Virus record (IMG/VR): IMGVR_UViG_3300021960_000026
DNA from: an uncultured virus (IMG/VR IMGVR_UViG_3300021960_000026)
Lineage: Duplodnaviria > Heunggongvirae > Uroviricota > Caudoviricetes
Length of the DNA: 64,000 bases
Strand: one strand, 5' to 3'
A model generated the notes under the pieces. It was not told the origin of the DNA. It searched no databases and worked only from the letters and a program-made list of their open reading frames with translations. The translations under genes and the position numbers were made by a program. Positions 29,239 through 39,900 of the stretch are shown here, piece after piece (within the stretch, counting starts at the first letter, position 1; each line of letters begins with the position of its first letter).

Positions 29239-32200
29239 TTATGTCAAAAAGTAATTAAACGCTAAAGGCATACCAACAACGCCACCTTGGAAGTTGAATT
29301 TACCTTTCATTTCAATTATACCACCGGTTGTAGTAGTAATTTCGTTATTTGCGATGTAGATAAAGCCCGCTGTTACGCTGTTAACGTTTAACGATGCACC
29401 ACCACCACCAATTTGTGAGCTAATGTATGCTTTAATTGCTCTTTGTGTTGGAACAATGCTATCACTGTTTTCAGTAAAGAATGGGTCAGTACTAAATTCA
29501 GTAATACTTGCGGATCCGCCACCTAATGTAACTTCTCCTAATGTAAGTTCCTGTAGTCCTGAAATATTGAATGCATCAGCGTTCAATGTTGCAACACCTG
29601 TTGACTGTTCAATACTAAACAGATCACCAACTCTAAAGTTACCATCTTGGTCAGTTGATGTGAAGAACACTCTACCGCCGCCATTGTCAACTGTCTCGTT
29701 GGCCTGTATTGGACTTTGTGTTGGTATTCCTGGATAGTTAGTTTCTGTGAAGTTACCTGTTCCAATATCTAGGAAGTCGTGTCCTGTCAATCTAACCTGA
29801 GAGTATCTAATTCTTGTTGTTATTGCTGTTCCATGCCCCGGTGAGTCAAACACTGTCATATCAGGTGATATTTGTAAGAATGCAGTGTATGAACCGTCGT
29901 ATGCTCCAAGCAGCGTCAATACCTGTACAAGTTTAAACACTCTGTTTGGTAGATGGCTAAACACTACGTTTGAACCAACTGCTGGAATTTTAGATAGTCT
30001 TCTAACAGCAATGAACGATCCGCTCTGATAGAAGTCTGCATATCCATCACCAACATCAATATCTGCACTTGCTGATATATAACCTGTTCCTCTATTTCTA
30101 AAGGACGGATTTGCTAATACTCCATCTGCTATTCTAACCTGTGTTGGAGCCTCAAACGTATTGTTTGGATCAGTGATAGTTAGAGTTGGTGCAGTCGTGT
30201 AACCTGAACCAGGTTCGTGTATTCTGATAGCAAATATTTTGTTTGATGCAACAAATGCTCTTGCTCTCGTCGTTGCGCCTGCATGTGTTTCACTGGCTAC
30301 AGTTCCTGATGTGTCGTCAATTGAAATAAACTTACCAGTTTGATCAGGATTACCAAACGCAGTTGCTATAAATCCGTTAGCACTTGTGCTCAGTGTTCTA
30401 GAAGTCCATGTAACACCATCTGGTGATGTAGCACCAACGTTGTCAGTGTCGTTTACTGCAAGGAATACACCTTGTCCGTATTCAATATGGCTCCAAGTTT
30501 TAGTTGCTGGAAGCGTAGTTTCAGTCCAGTTAGCACCCTTGTCTAATGAAATTGCTGCCTTAGTTCCTGAAGTGTTTGAAACTGCAACAAATCTATTGTT
30601 ACCGTATGTTACAGATTTCCAATTTGAGCTAGAAAGTCCGGTTCCTGCTGTCCAAGTAGTTCCGTTGTCCAAAGAATAAGCAACATTTGATCCGCCGCTT
30701 GCAATTGCTACCCAATAGCCGCCACCGTAGGCAATACTTTCCCAAGTTGTAGAAGCAGGTAAATTACCTCCGGATGTCCATGTTGCTCCGCCGTTTGTAG
30801 TAACAGCAGTTGCATTGCTTCCTGTCTTAATTGCTACCCACTTGCTGTCGCCATATGCAACGTCAACCCAGTCGCCTGTGCTAGGTAAATTACCTCCAGC
30901 AGTCCATGTTAAGCCGCCGTCTTCTGAGTATGCAGTATCGTCAATTCCTGTGCCGCCTGCAATTGCAATTATTCTTGCTGCATTTGGTGTTGCTTTACCT
31001 GCTACAGATGTAAATGTTCCAGGGCCAGTTGCAACGAATGTTGTTCCTGCGATAATTGAACTTGATCCAATACTTAACCATGGCGTGTCACCTGAATCTG
31101 TAATTGTGTATGATCTACCAGTTACAAAAGTTCCTGCAAGTTCTTGTGTTGCAATTCTACCGCCTGCAAGTGAAACCCAAGTAGTTGAAACCGGAAGTGT
31201 TGTTACTGCTGCCCATGTAATGCCATCTTTACTGTAGTTTACAGTGTTTCCGCTGGCACTTGGAAGTGCAACAAAGTTACCGCCTGATCCAAAACCTTCT
31301 TTATCAAATGCTGTAATAGCGCCTGTAACGGAGTTTATGCTAGTAACTGTTATCACAAAATTGTTTGTTGATGTACCGTTCAACGAAGTACCATTAAATG
31401 TTAATGTATCGTTGACTGCATAACCCGTTCCGCCACTATCTAATCTTATTAGATACTTCGATCCTTTCTTAGTGATGTCAAATACTGCTCCTGTTCCAGA
31501 ACCAGAAGTTGAGTCAGCACTAATATTTTCAAAACTTTGGTAAATGTTGCTATACGCAATATCTGCCCAAGTTGTTGACGTTGCTAGTGTTCTAGCAGTC
31601 GTCGTAAACGGAGGTGCTGTAAATGCTAATTTTGGTTCAATAGTATATGTTGTAGAAGCATCTGGTGCAGCAAGTGTTGTTCCTTGAATTAGGTGATCAA
31701 ATCCTGCTGAACCATCACTTGGTTTTACTACCGTTGCAACCTTAGTACCTGAGTTATAAGTGGTAATATCACCAAACTGTCCAACACCAGTACCGCCTGT
31801 TAGGTAAATTCTCATACCAATGTATGCTGTCGATGTTTCTGAATCAGTTGCTGCAATTGTAATTTGTGTTGTAGTACCGCCCTGTGCTGTGTTTGAATTA
31901 GTAACATATCCAAAACCGCCAAAGTTTCCTTCTGCTTCAGGTGCTGTTGTTGAATCATCAACATTGTCTAATAGTCTTACGTTATGAACTGCTCCGTCTC
32001 TAAGTTCTTTATCGACTTCTGCAGAAGCATTGGATCCTGCTCCAAATACACCAAAAGTTGTTTCAGTGTACTGTTCTCCAGCGTTTCCATATTCAAACTG
32101 TAGAACCTGGTTGGCACCATCAGTAAACACTGATCCAATAGTTGCTTCGTATTGGAATTTGTTATCAACTATTGCAGTTCCTTCTACTTCAGTTGTATCA

Positions 32201-35200
32201 AATCCTTCTGCAACAGAACCAAAGTCACCGTATGAGTTGTTACCGTTAGTTCCTCTAATTCTACCACCATTGGTTGCTAGATAACCAACGTGTGAGTAGT
32301 AAGTAAACACAGACACAAGTTCAGCTCTACCATTGTTATCTACCCAAGCACCGATACCGTCGGAAATAACCTGTGTAAAGTCGTTTGACACCATCGAGTC
32401 ATTACCGCCGTTGTGTAGGGTACCGTCGATCTTCTGACCAATCGCTGCATAACCAAACGTTGTACAGTTTTGAGTGTATGGTGAACGTGCAATAATCCAT
32501 GTACGGAAATCATCTGGTCCCCAACCTGGATCAAGCGAAACGTAAGCACCAGCGGAAACTCTTGATGTTCCATAACTGTTTGGAGGTAACAGATCACCAT
32601 TCAATCCATCGAGTGTTTGGTTTCTAATACCAGTACCATTTCTTACATAATAGAAGTCTTCTTCGTGACTTCCTGTTGCTGCGTTAACATAGTATCTTGC
32701 AACATATCTTGATTTGTAGTTAGATACCCATTCAAGATCCCATTTAATTGCATCAATGTATGTGTCAACATCTCTCATACATAACGCTTCGTTGTAGTAC
32801 ATAGCAACAGTCATGCTGCCGGAAGCAGTTGAAAGTGTTAATGATGTTGTTGCATATCTTGTTGTGGCAATTGTAAATGTCGTTGTGTTAACAACATCTT
32901 GAACATAGTAAGTCGTATCTGCACTTATACCGCCAAATACTGTTCCTGAAAATCTAACTGCCGTGTTTCTTTTTAACCAACTCGTATCACTAATTGTAAT
33001 TGCGTTTCCAGAAATTGATGTGTTGGTTACTGTATCTGTAAACTGATCATCGATGTAAGCACTAACTTCTGCTTTCAAGAATGCTCTGTTCTGTTCTAAT
33101 TTTAGTCTAGCATAGTATGCCATTCTAGAATCAGTTGCACAAACAGCACCCTCATTTGATGCTCCGTAGAATACACTGTCTAACATGTCCATTAGAGAAG
33201 CAACTCTTGATGCTGCCGTAGCATCACTGTTTAAGTATGTTGCTGTATCACCTGCAATAACACTTGCCAAATACTGGAATGATGCTCTAGTTGCTGCTTT
33301 TTGGTTTAGGTCAAACACATCACTTGCGCTTGATCTTAGATATGAATTTCCAGCAATAAGTGTCGCAAAGTTAGAATTTAATTGGAAGTCAAACATTACT
33401 GCTTCTAAAATTAATCTAGTATCTCTTTCACACTTAGCAACATTGTATGTTAAAGTAGGATATGTTGTAGAAATATAGTTAGTAACTAGCGTTACAAGGG
33501 CCTCTTGCTGCGCATCTAAGGTCTCTGCAGCGGTGATCAATGCCGTTGTACTACTTACGGAGTCCGTTGCTGCTGGCATGTCAACTTTGTGTGCAGGAAT
33601 GCTTAATCCCGAACCGTTTGTTAAAGTAGCAGCACTTCCGCCATAGGTTGTGCTAATTGTTAATTGGTTTGAAGCCGGTATTGATTCAACCCAATATGTT
33701 AGATCTTTTGTCATTCCGTTTGAAGTTTCTAAAGGAATGAAAATGTCTCCAACTTGTAAACCGTGATCGACTAGGGTCGTAATTGTATTTGAAGAAATTG
33801 TTGTAATTGTAGAATTTGGTAAATCAGCACCAGTCGAGTCTCCTCCAACTGCGTTTGTAACTATGTCCAAATGTCCTGTTACAAAATCTCTTGCTGTAGA
33901 GTTTGCTACATTACTGTTTCTATATTGATTGATTGTTGTGTTCTTTTTCGTAATTGCAGTATTATTTACAATGTCGATCAAAAGAGTTCTTAAGAATGCA
34001 TGAGACTCTAGCGTTTCTCCCTTAATGCTTGCTGGAATCAACGAAGAATTTCCTTCTCCGTCCCAATATGCCTTAGCAGCATTTAGAGTTTGATAGTAGC
34101 CACCGTAGGTTAAGTCATACACTAATGCATCAACAATGTGTCCTACATCTTCTCTGGTATCTGTTTTACCAAATTTTAAGTTAGGATAGTTTTCAGCAAA
34201 CCAAGCAATTATTTCTTCCTGCAAGAATTTTTTATTTTCTTGAATTAATTTTCTTGCATTTCCAAAAGTTGCTAGATATGATGAGTTATAACCTGTTGGG
34301 TCTGTATATGAAGCGGTATGTTTAGTACCAAGTCTATAGTCTACTTGATGTTTCATTACATCAACTAACTTGCTTACTTGGGCACCTGTCACAACATCGT
34401 CAGCCAACGGCCATGATATGTCTTGTGTTTCTGTATTTCCAGATGTTGGAGTTACAGAATTTCCGCTTACGATGCCTCTTGCAACACTGCTAAAGTGAGC
34501 GAGTGTTTGAATTGAATAATAAGAGTCTGATATGTCAAGTGGTCTATCTGTTGCAGATGCTGCTCTTACCTTGGTAGTTCTTAATTCGTCACCTAGGATA
34601 CAAGTTTCTGCAGGAACGATGATCGGTAATACTTCTCTATATTCGCCTGCTTTAACATTAACGATGTTGTTAGGAACAACCCTTCCTGGGATAGCACTGT
34701 TATCTCCTGCAGAAATTGTATTAGTTACAATTGCTAACAATGAAGTAACACTTGCATAAACTCCTGATTCAACAACAACGTCAGCATCTTTATATTGTAA
34801 AGCAACAGCAGTTGAGTCTGACCCACCTGGTGTTTGATATGCAGTTGTTGGATCTGTTTGATTTAAAACGTTTCCAATGATTGTTAATAGGTGACCATAT
34901 GCTGCTAAACTTTCGTCTTTTTCTGCAGAAAGGTTAGCGTACGGAACATCTTCTGACTCTGCAGAGTATGGACCATCACCTAGTGCATCAACAAATGTTT
35001 GTGCTGCGGCTCTTATCTTTAGGTTGCCGCCGTGACCAATGTCCCAAATTAATCTATCAATGATCCAACCAACATCTCTCTCACATTTGTGTTCGTCATA
35101 ATCAAATGCGCTTGTAAATGGAGAAATGTTATTAATTACATTGTATTCGATGAAACTAGTGACTTCTCTTTGTAAGAACACTCTGTTCATTTCAAGTAGA

Positions 35201-36939
35201 CGTTGAGCATTAGGGTTTAAAGCACCTTTTTCAATTTGCTCGCACGCATATCTAATTGTTGCCCAAGGCATATCTAGTGTAGCACCATGAATTGGAGCAG
35301 GTAAATCTGTTCCGCCAGGAGCAACATAATACACATGATCAACTTTTCCTAGTGTAGTCCATTGTGGAATAGTTCCTGATGATGTTAGTACTTGACCTTG
35401 GATACCGATAGGTAATCTTGTTGGACCTGCACCTGAATAGTAAACCAAATCACCTGTGGTTGTAAGTACGTCGATATCACTACCAATGGATAATACATTC
35501 CAGTATGTTCCTGAAGTATCCTGATCTGGTCTTGAATTAGCAGCACCGCCGCCTTCTGCACCAATGGATGATCCGTCATCGCCTTCTGCTCTGTGATTTT
35601 GAATACAGATGTAAGCATTAGATCCGTATCTAACAGAATCGCCTAGGAAGTATTCAGTATCGTCAGTCCACTCGCCTCTCCAAAGTATACCACTGTTTAA
35701 TCTATCCCAGTATACTACGTTTCCAGGTAATGATCCTGCATCGACAGTCATTGTTCCTGAAGCAGAGGTAGGAGTGAATACTGTTCCGCCTGGTGTTTCT
35801 GTAATTGTAAATTCTGTTGCACTAACTACCTGTTTAATGTAGTAGTGATTTCCTGATGCTACATTTCCAAAAGTTGAACCTGTAAATTTAACAGCCCATC
35901 CTACAACTAGTGTTGATGTATCTGTAACTGTAAAATAATTTGTTCCAGCATTGGTTGCTGTTACGGTATCAGAAAAATTAGGAGCATCAATTTTTGCTCT
36001 GTATGTATAGCCGTTTAAATTAACAACATCACCAATCTTGTATGAAGTTGCAACATCCCAGTCTGACTGGAATGTCATGTTCTCTGTATATAAACTCCAA
36101 TCTGTCTGACCTGCGGCAGTAGGTAATGTGTCGTCGTGAATTGTTCTAGCAATGTATTGGTTACCACCGTAACGCACAATGTCGCCTGGTTGGTAAACTG
36201 TTACACTACTCCATGTGTTTTCATACTCAAATCCTTTTACGAACACACTCCAGTATGAAGAAAGATCATTTCCAAAAACTGATGTTGCTGTGTGATGTGC
36301 TGTACAAACATATAAGTTTGCACCTTCCTTAACAACATCATTTACTTTATATCTAGTTAGAGCGGTCCAGTCAGCCTTGTATTCAAAACCTTGGTTCCAT
36401 GTATCCCAGTAACTGCTCTGTCCTTCTAATCCAGTTGATGCTAGAGTTTCTGATGTATGACCCACATTTGCAACGTAGGTAGTACCACCGTATCTGACAA
36501 TGTCATTTTTCTTATAGCGTGTGGAAATTGTCCAATTGTTTTTCCATTCAAATCCTTCAGCAAACAGATCCCATTTTGCTTGATCCGCTTCTAATCCTGT
36601 GGTTGTTTCTGTTCCTGGTGTTCCAGATCCAACGCTAGAGTTTGATGTATGTGGAGTGTTGGCAATGTATAAAAGTCCACCGTACTTGACAATGTCATTT
36701 ATTTTGTAAGTAGTGCTTACTGCCCAATCGTCTTTCCACGATTGACCATCACTCATTTGGTTCCATTTAGTTGGATTGTAGTTTAGATCTGTGTAAAATT
36801 CAGAATCTGAAACGTGTCCAACTGCACATATGTAAGTGCGGCCACCAAATCTTATAACGTCGTCAACGTAGTATTGAGTGGTTGAAGTCCAATCACCCTT
36901 CCATACAAATCTGATTCTTCCTAATTTAAATTCTGCCAT
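29239..36939 (-). CDS. Giant virion fibre/baseplate protein (2566 aa)
   Basis: N-terminal W...Y..DD.V.YGG..Y.C...H.S carbohydrate-binding-like repeats, YYVA..G.D..G...P..TI..A segment, S.DG.TW BNR-like repeats. Confidence 0.75.
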   Translation of the reverse strand: MAEFKLGRIRFVWKGDWTSTTQYYVDDVIRFGGRTYICAVGHVSDSEFYTDLNYNPTKWNQMSDGQSWKDDWAVSTTYKINDIVKYGGLLYIANTPHTSNSSVGSGTPGTETTTGLEADQAKWDLFAEGFEWKNNWTISTRYKKNDIVRYGGTTYVANVGHTSETLASTGLEGQSSYWDTWNQGFEYKADWTALTRYKVNDVVKEGANLYVCTAHHTATSVFGNDLSSYWSVFVKGFEYENTWSSVTVYQPGDIVRYGGNQYIARTIHDDTLPTAAGQTDWSLYTENMTFQSDWDVATSYKIGDVVNLNGYTYRAKIDAPNFSDTVTATNAGTNYFTVTDTSTLVVGWAVKFTGSTFGNVASGNHYYIKQVVSATEFTITETPGGTVFTPTSASGTMTVDAGSLPGNVVYWDRLNSGILWRGEWTDDTEYFLGDSVRYGSNAYICIQNHRAEGDDGSSIGAEGGGAANSRPDQDTSGTYWNVLSIGSDIDVLTTTGDLVYYSGAGPTRLPIGIQGQVLTSSGTIPQWTTLGKVDHVYYVAPGGTDLPAPIHGATLDMPWATIRYACEQIEKGALNPNAQRLLEMNRVFLQREVTSFIEYNVINNISPFTSAFDYDEHKCERDVGWIIDRLIWDIGHGGNLKIRAAAQTFVDALGDGPYSAESEDVPYANLSAEKDESLAAYGHLLTIIGNVLNQTDPTTAYQTPGGSDSTAVALQYKDADVVVESGVYASVTSLLAIVTNTISAGDNSAIPGRVVPNNIVNVKAGEYREVLPIIVPAETCILGDELRTTKVRAASATDRPLDISDSYYSIQTLAHFSSVARGIVSGNSVTPTSGNTETQDISWPLADDVVTGAQVSKLVDVMKHQVDYRLGTKHTASYTDPTGYNSSYLATFGNARKLIQENKKFLQEEIIAWFAENYPNLKFGKTDTREDVGHIVDALVYDLTYGGYYQTLNAAKAYWDGEGNSSLIPASIKGETLESHAFLRTLLIDIVNNTAITKKNTTINQYRNSNVANSTARDFVTGHLDIVTNAVGGDSTGADLPNSTITTISSNTITTLVDHGLQVGDIFIPLETSNGMTKDLTYWVESIPASNQLTISTTYGGSAATLTNGSGLSIPAHKVDMPAATDSVSSTTALITAAETLDAQQEALVTLVTNYISTTYPTLTYNVAKCERDTRLILEAVMFDFQLNSNFATLIAGNSYLRSSASDVFDLNQKAATRASFQYLASVIAGDTATYLNSDATAASRVASLMDMLDSVFYGASNEGAVCATDSRMAYYARLKLEQNRAFLKAEVSAYIDDQFTDTVTNTSISGNAITISDTSWLKRNTAVRFSGTVFGGISADTTYYVQDVVNTTTFTIATTRYATTSLTLSTASGSMTVAMYYNEALCMRDVDTYIDAIKWDLEWVSNYKSRYVARYYVNAATGSHEEDFYYVRNGTGIRNQTLDGLNGDLLPPNSYGTSRVSAGAYVSLDPGWGPDDFRTWIIARSPYTQNCTTFGYAAIGQKIDGTLHNGGNDSMVSNDFTQVISDGIGAWVDNNGRAELVSVFTYYSHVGYLATNGGRIRGTNGNNSYGDFGSVAEGFDTTEVEGTAIVDNKFQYEATIGSVFTDGANQVLQFEYGNAGEQYTETTFGVFGAGSNASAEVDKELRDGAVHNVRLLDNVDDSTTAPEAEGNFGGFGYVTNSNTAQGGTTTQITIAATDSETSTAYIGMRIYLTGGTGVGQFGDITTYNSGTKVATVVKPSDGSAGFDHLIQGTTLAAPDASTTYTIEPKLAFTAPPFTTTARTLATSTTWADIAYSNIYQSFENISADSTSGSGTGAVFDITKKGSKYLIRLDSGGTGYAVNDTLTFNGTSLNGTSTNNFVITVTSINSVTGAITAFDKEGFGSGGNFVALPSASGNTVNYSKDGITWAAVTTLPVSTTWVSLAGGRIATQELAGTFVTGRSYTITDSGDTPWLSIGSSSIIAGTTFVATGPGTFTSVAGKATPNAARIIAIAGGTGIDDTAYSEDGGLTWTAGGNLPSTGDWVDVAYGDSKWVAIKTGSNATAVTTNGGATWTSGGNLPASTTWESIAYGGGYWVAIASGGSNVAYSLDNGTTWTAGTGLSSSNWKSVTYGNNRFVAVSNTSGTKAAISLDKGANWTETTLPATKTWSHIEYGQGVFLAVNDTDNVGATSPDGVTWTSRTLSTSANGFIATAFGNPDQTGKFISIDDTSGTVASETHAGATTRARAFVASNKIFAIRIHEPGSGYTTAPTLTITDPNNTFEAPTQVRIADGVLANPSFRNRGTGYISASADIDVGDGYADFYQSGSFIAVRRLSKIPAVGSNVVFSHLPNRVFKLVQVLTLLGAYDGSYTAFLQISPDMTVFDSPGHGTAITTRIRYSQVRLTGHDFLDIGTGNFTETNYPGIPTQSPIQANETVDNGGGRVFFTSTDQDGNFRVGDLFSIEQSTGVATLNADAFNISGLQELTLGEVTLGGGSASITEFSTDPFFTENSDSIVPTQRAIKAYISSQIGGGGASLNVNSVTAGFIYIANNEITTTTGGIIEMKGKFNFQGGVVGMPLAFNYFLT

Positions 36940-36990
36940 TGTCGTTTCCGTTTGTTGTGTAGTATTTATCCATGTTGATCATCATCACTC

Positions 36991-39900
36991 CTAATCATTA
37001 AACGAATCGTAGAACATTGTTTGGGCTAACATGCTTCCGCTGATTTGCCCTCCCTTAATAAATTCAGCTCTTACCGGTATTTTAATCTCTAAACTGGCAA
37101 CATTATCCATTAAGTTAGGACCAACTTTCACTGTTCCTGCAATGAAACTTGCTGTTAATAGATCTGAACCACCAACGTTTAATCTGTTTTGTAAATACGC
37201 TTTGATTGCTCTCTGCGTAGGAATAACGTTATTACTATCCTGAGTAAATGCAGGATCAGTTGAGAACTCTCTAATAACCGTACCTGATCCACCCAATCTT
37301 ACACCACCAAGTGCAAGTTCTGTTAGACCTCCTAAGTCAAAGAAATCAGCACTAATTGTAACAATACCAGTTGCTTGTTCTACCGCAAATAATTCACCGC
37401 AGCGGAAGTTACCACTTTGGTCTGTACTTGTGTAGAATACCCTACCACCATTGGCTTCAACTACTTCATTTTCTGGAGCAGAATTAAATTCGCCAGTTGT
37501 GTATATTGTAGGATAATTTGTTTCCGTAAAGTTACCCGTTCCGATATCTAGGAAGTCGTGTCCACTAATTCTAACTTGAGAATATCTTTCTCTAATTTCC
37601 ACCTGTGATGAGTGTTCTAAATAATCATCAAGTGTTAGTTCTGGACTAATTCTAAACGTACCTACATAGGTTCCGTCAACATTTCTACTTACAATTGCTG
37701 ATGTAGCAACAGTATAGTAATTAACAGTATCACCTCTGAATCTAAACTGTGTACCAGGTCCTGGAAGTACATTGAATCCACCGACAACAACATCTTTACC
37801 TTTAGGAATCACATCAGCAAATCCATCACCTAGTATGGTTACCTGTGTAGTACTGGTTCTATAACCAGCGCCTCTGTTAATCCAACCTGGCTGCGCTAGA
37901 GCGGCATCGCCTAATCTAACTTCAACATAAGCAGGATCGGTTACATTAGGATCCGTTAGCGTAACAGTTGGATTAGATTTATATCCACTGCCTGGCTCCC
38001 ATAGTCTAATATGCTTAACGCTTCCGGCTTCAACTATTGCTCTACCAAGAGCTCGACAACCTGTTTCAATCTTACACGCATGATCAAAATTGTCTGCAAC
38101 AGTAATGAACATTGGTGTGCTGTTTGATTGTTGTGTTGAGTCTCCCAATGATATGTCAGGATTACCAAATCCTAAACTTACCCAGTAAGAAGCCTGCGAT
38201 AATAATCTGTCCTGCCATAACACACCATCGTATGATGTTGCACAGAATGCTGACTGTCCAGGTGTTGGATCATCTCCAACATTTCTCGAACCAGTGTCAC
38301 CAATAGCAAAGAAAACACCCTGTCCGTATCTAATTTTTTTCCAAGCATGAGCAGTTGATCCATCCTGTGTTGGCATGGTTCCCGCTAACCAATTCGTTCC
38401 ATCGAAACTGTAACTAACATCGCCCGTTGTGGATACCGCTACCCATCTGTTGTTACCGTAGGCAATGCTGATCCAGTCTCTGGTAGATGAGTCGTCACTA
38501 ACATCCATGATGTGTGCTTCCCAAGTCCATGTATCGGTATTGCTGTTGTATTCTCCAACTGCTGCAAAGTTACCACTGTTCGCAACCGCAACAAATTTGC
38601 CTTTGCCGTATGTGATATCGATCCACTGGTTGAATGTAGAATCTCCAATATCTGGTAATGTTGTGGCCTTCCATGTTGTGCCGCCATCTGTGCTGTATGC
38701 TGCGGCATCAAGATTGGATGCAATTGTAAGGAACACACCGTCACCGTTTCCTGAATTTGATTTTCCGTAAACTATTGCTGACCAGTTTCTAGAAGATGGA
38801 AGGGTAGATGTACTCCAGTTAATTCCATCTTCTGAATGTATTGCTTGTGTGCTTAATTGTTTAATTGCAACAAATTTATGTCCGCCTGCGGCAATCATAT
38901 TCCAGTTTCCGGCAGATGGAAGTGTTGCCTGAGTCCAGTTTGTTCCATCTTCCGAGTAGGAATAATTATCTGTTCCAGAAGCCACCGCAACGAACCTTCC
39001 GCTGGTTGCTGTGCCCTCGTATCTAAATCCTGTGATTGTATTCGTGCTATCTTCACTAACTGCTGTTACTGTTATAACGATATCATGCTCTCCGTCAGTG
39101 CCGCCAACATCCGCTCCAGAAATTGTTATTACCTGACCTACTTCGTACAATGCTCCTTCAAATGTCATTGTAACTGCATATTTTCTTCCATTCTTCACTG
39201 CACTAAATGTTGCAGAGATTGGTGTTGATGCTCCGCCGGTAACAGTTCCTTGTAGGCTTGTATAAGTTTCTTTTGTTTCTCCGTATGCAATGTCTTTCCA
39301 ATTTAGTGTTTGGCCCATGTTGGGAATTGATCTGTCAAAAGGTGGTTCACTAAATGTAACTCTAGGTTCAAATCTATAGGTATTGTCAGTGAACAGCAAA
39401 GGCTGTATCGGAGTTCCGGGAATAACGTGATCCCATCCTAGAGTATTATCTGATTCTTTTCTAACCTGACAAACTTTTGTTAGTGTATTGTATGCAACTA
39501 CGTATCCGTATTGTCCTGCGCCCTTACCCGAAGTAATGATTAATCTCATGCCTAAGAGTTTTGCTTCCGTATTATCGTCGTTGGATGCTAATGTAAGGCT
39601 TGTAGTATTTCCTTCCTGTGCGTTATTACCTACCAATGTATAACCTAGGCCGCCTTCTGTTGCGCCAGCATCGCCGGGTGCGTTCTTAACCAATGCTTCA
39701 AATACAGCATCGTCTCTAATTTCTTCGTGCACCACACTTGCATTAACACCAGAACCCGTAAATGTATAATTTGCAGTTGAATAATTTTGTCCTGCATTTC
39801 TATATTCTAATATTAGAATCTCGTCGTTGACCTCACCGGCAAACGCTGATTCAATATATGCTTGTCCTGTTCTAGTGTTAACTTCTGCATAAACAGGAGT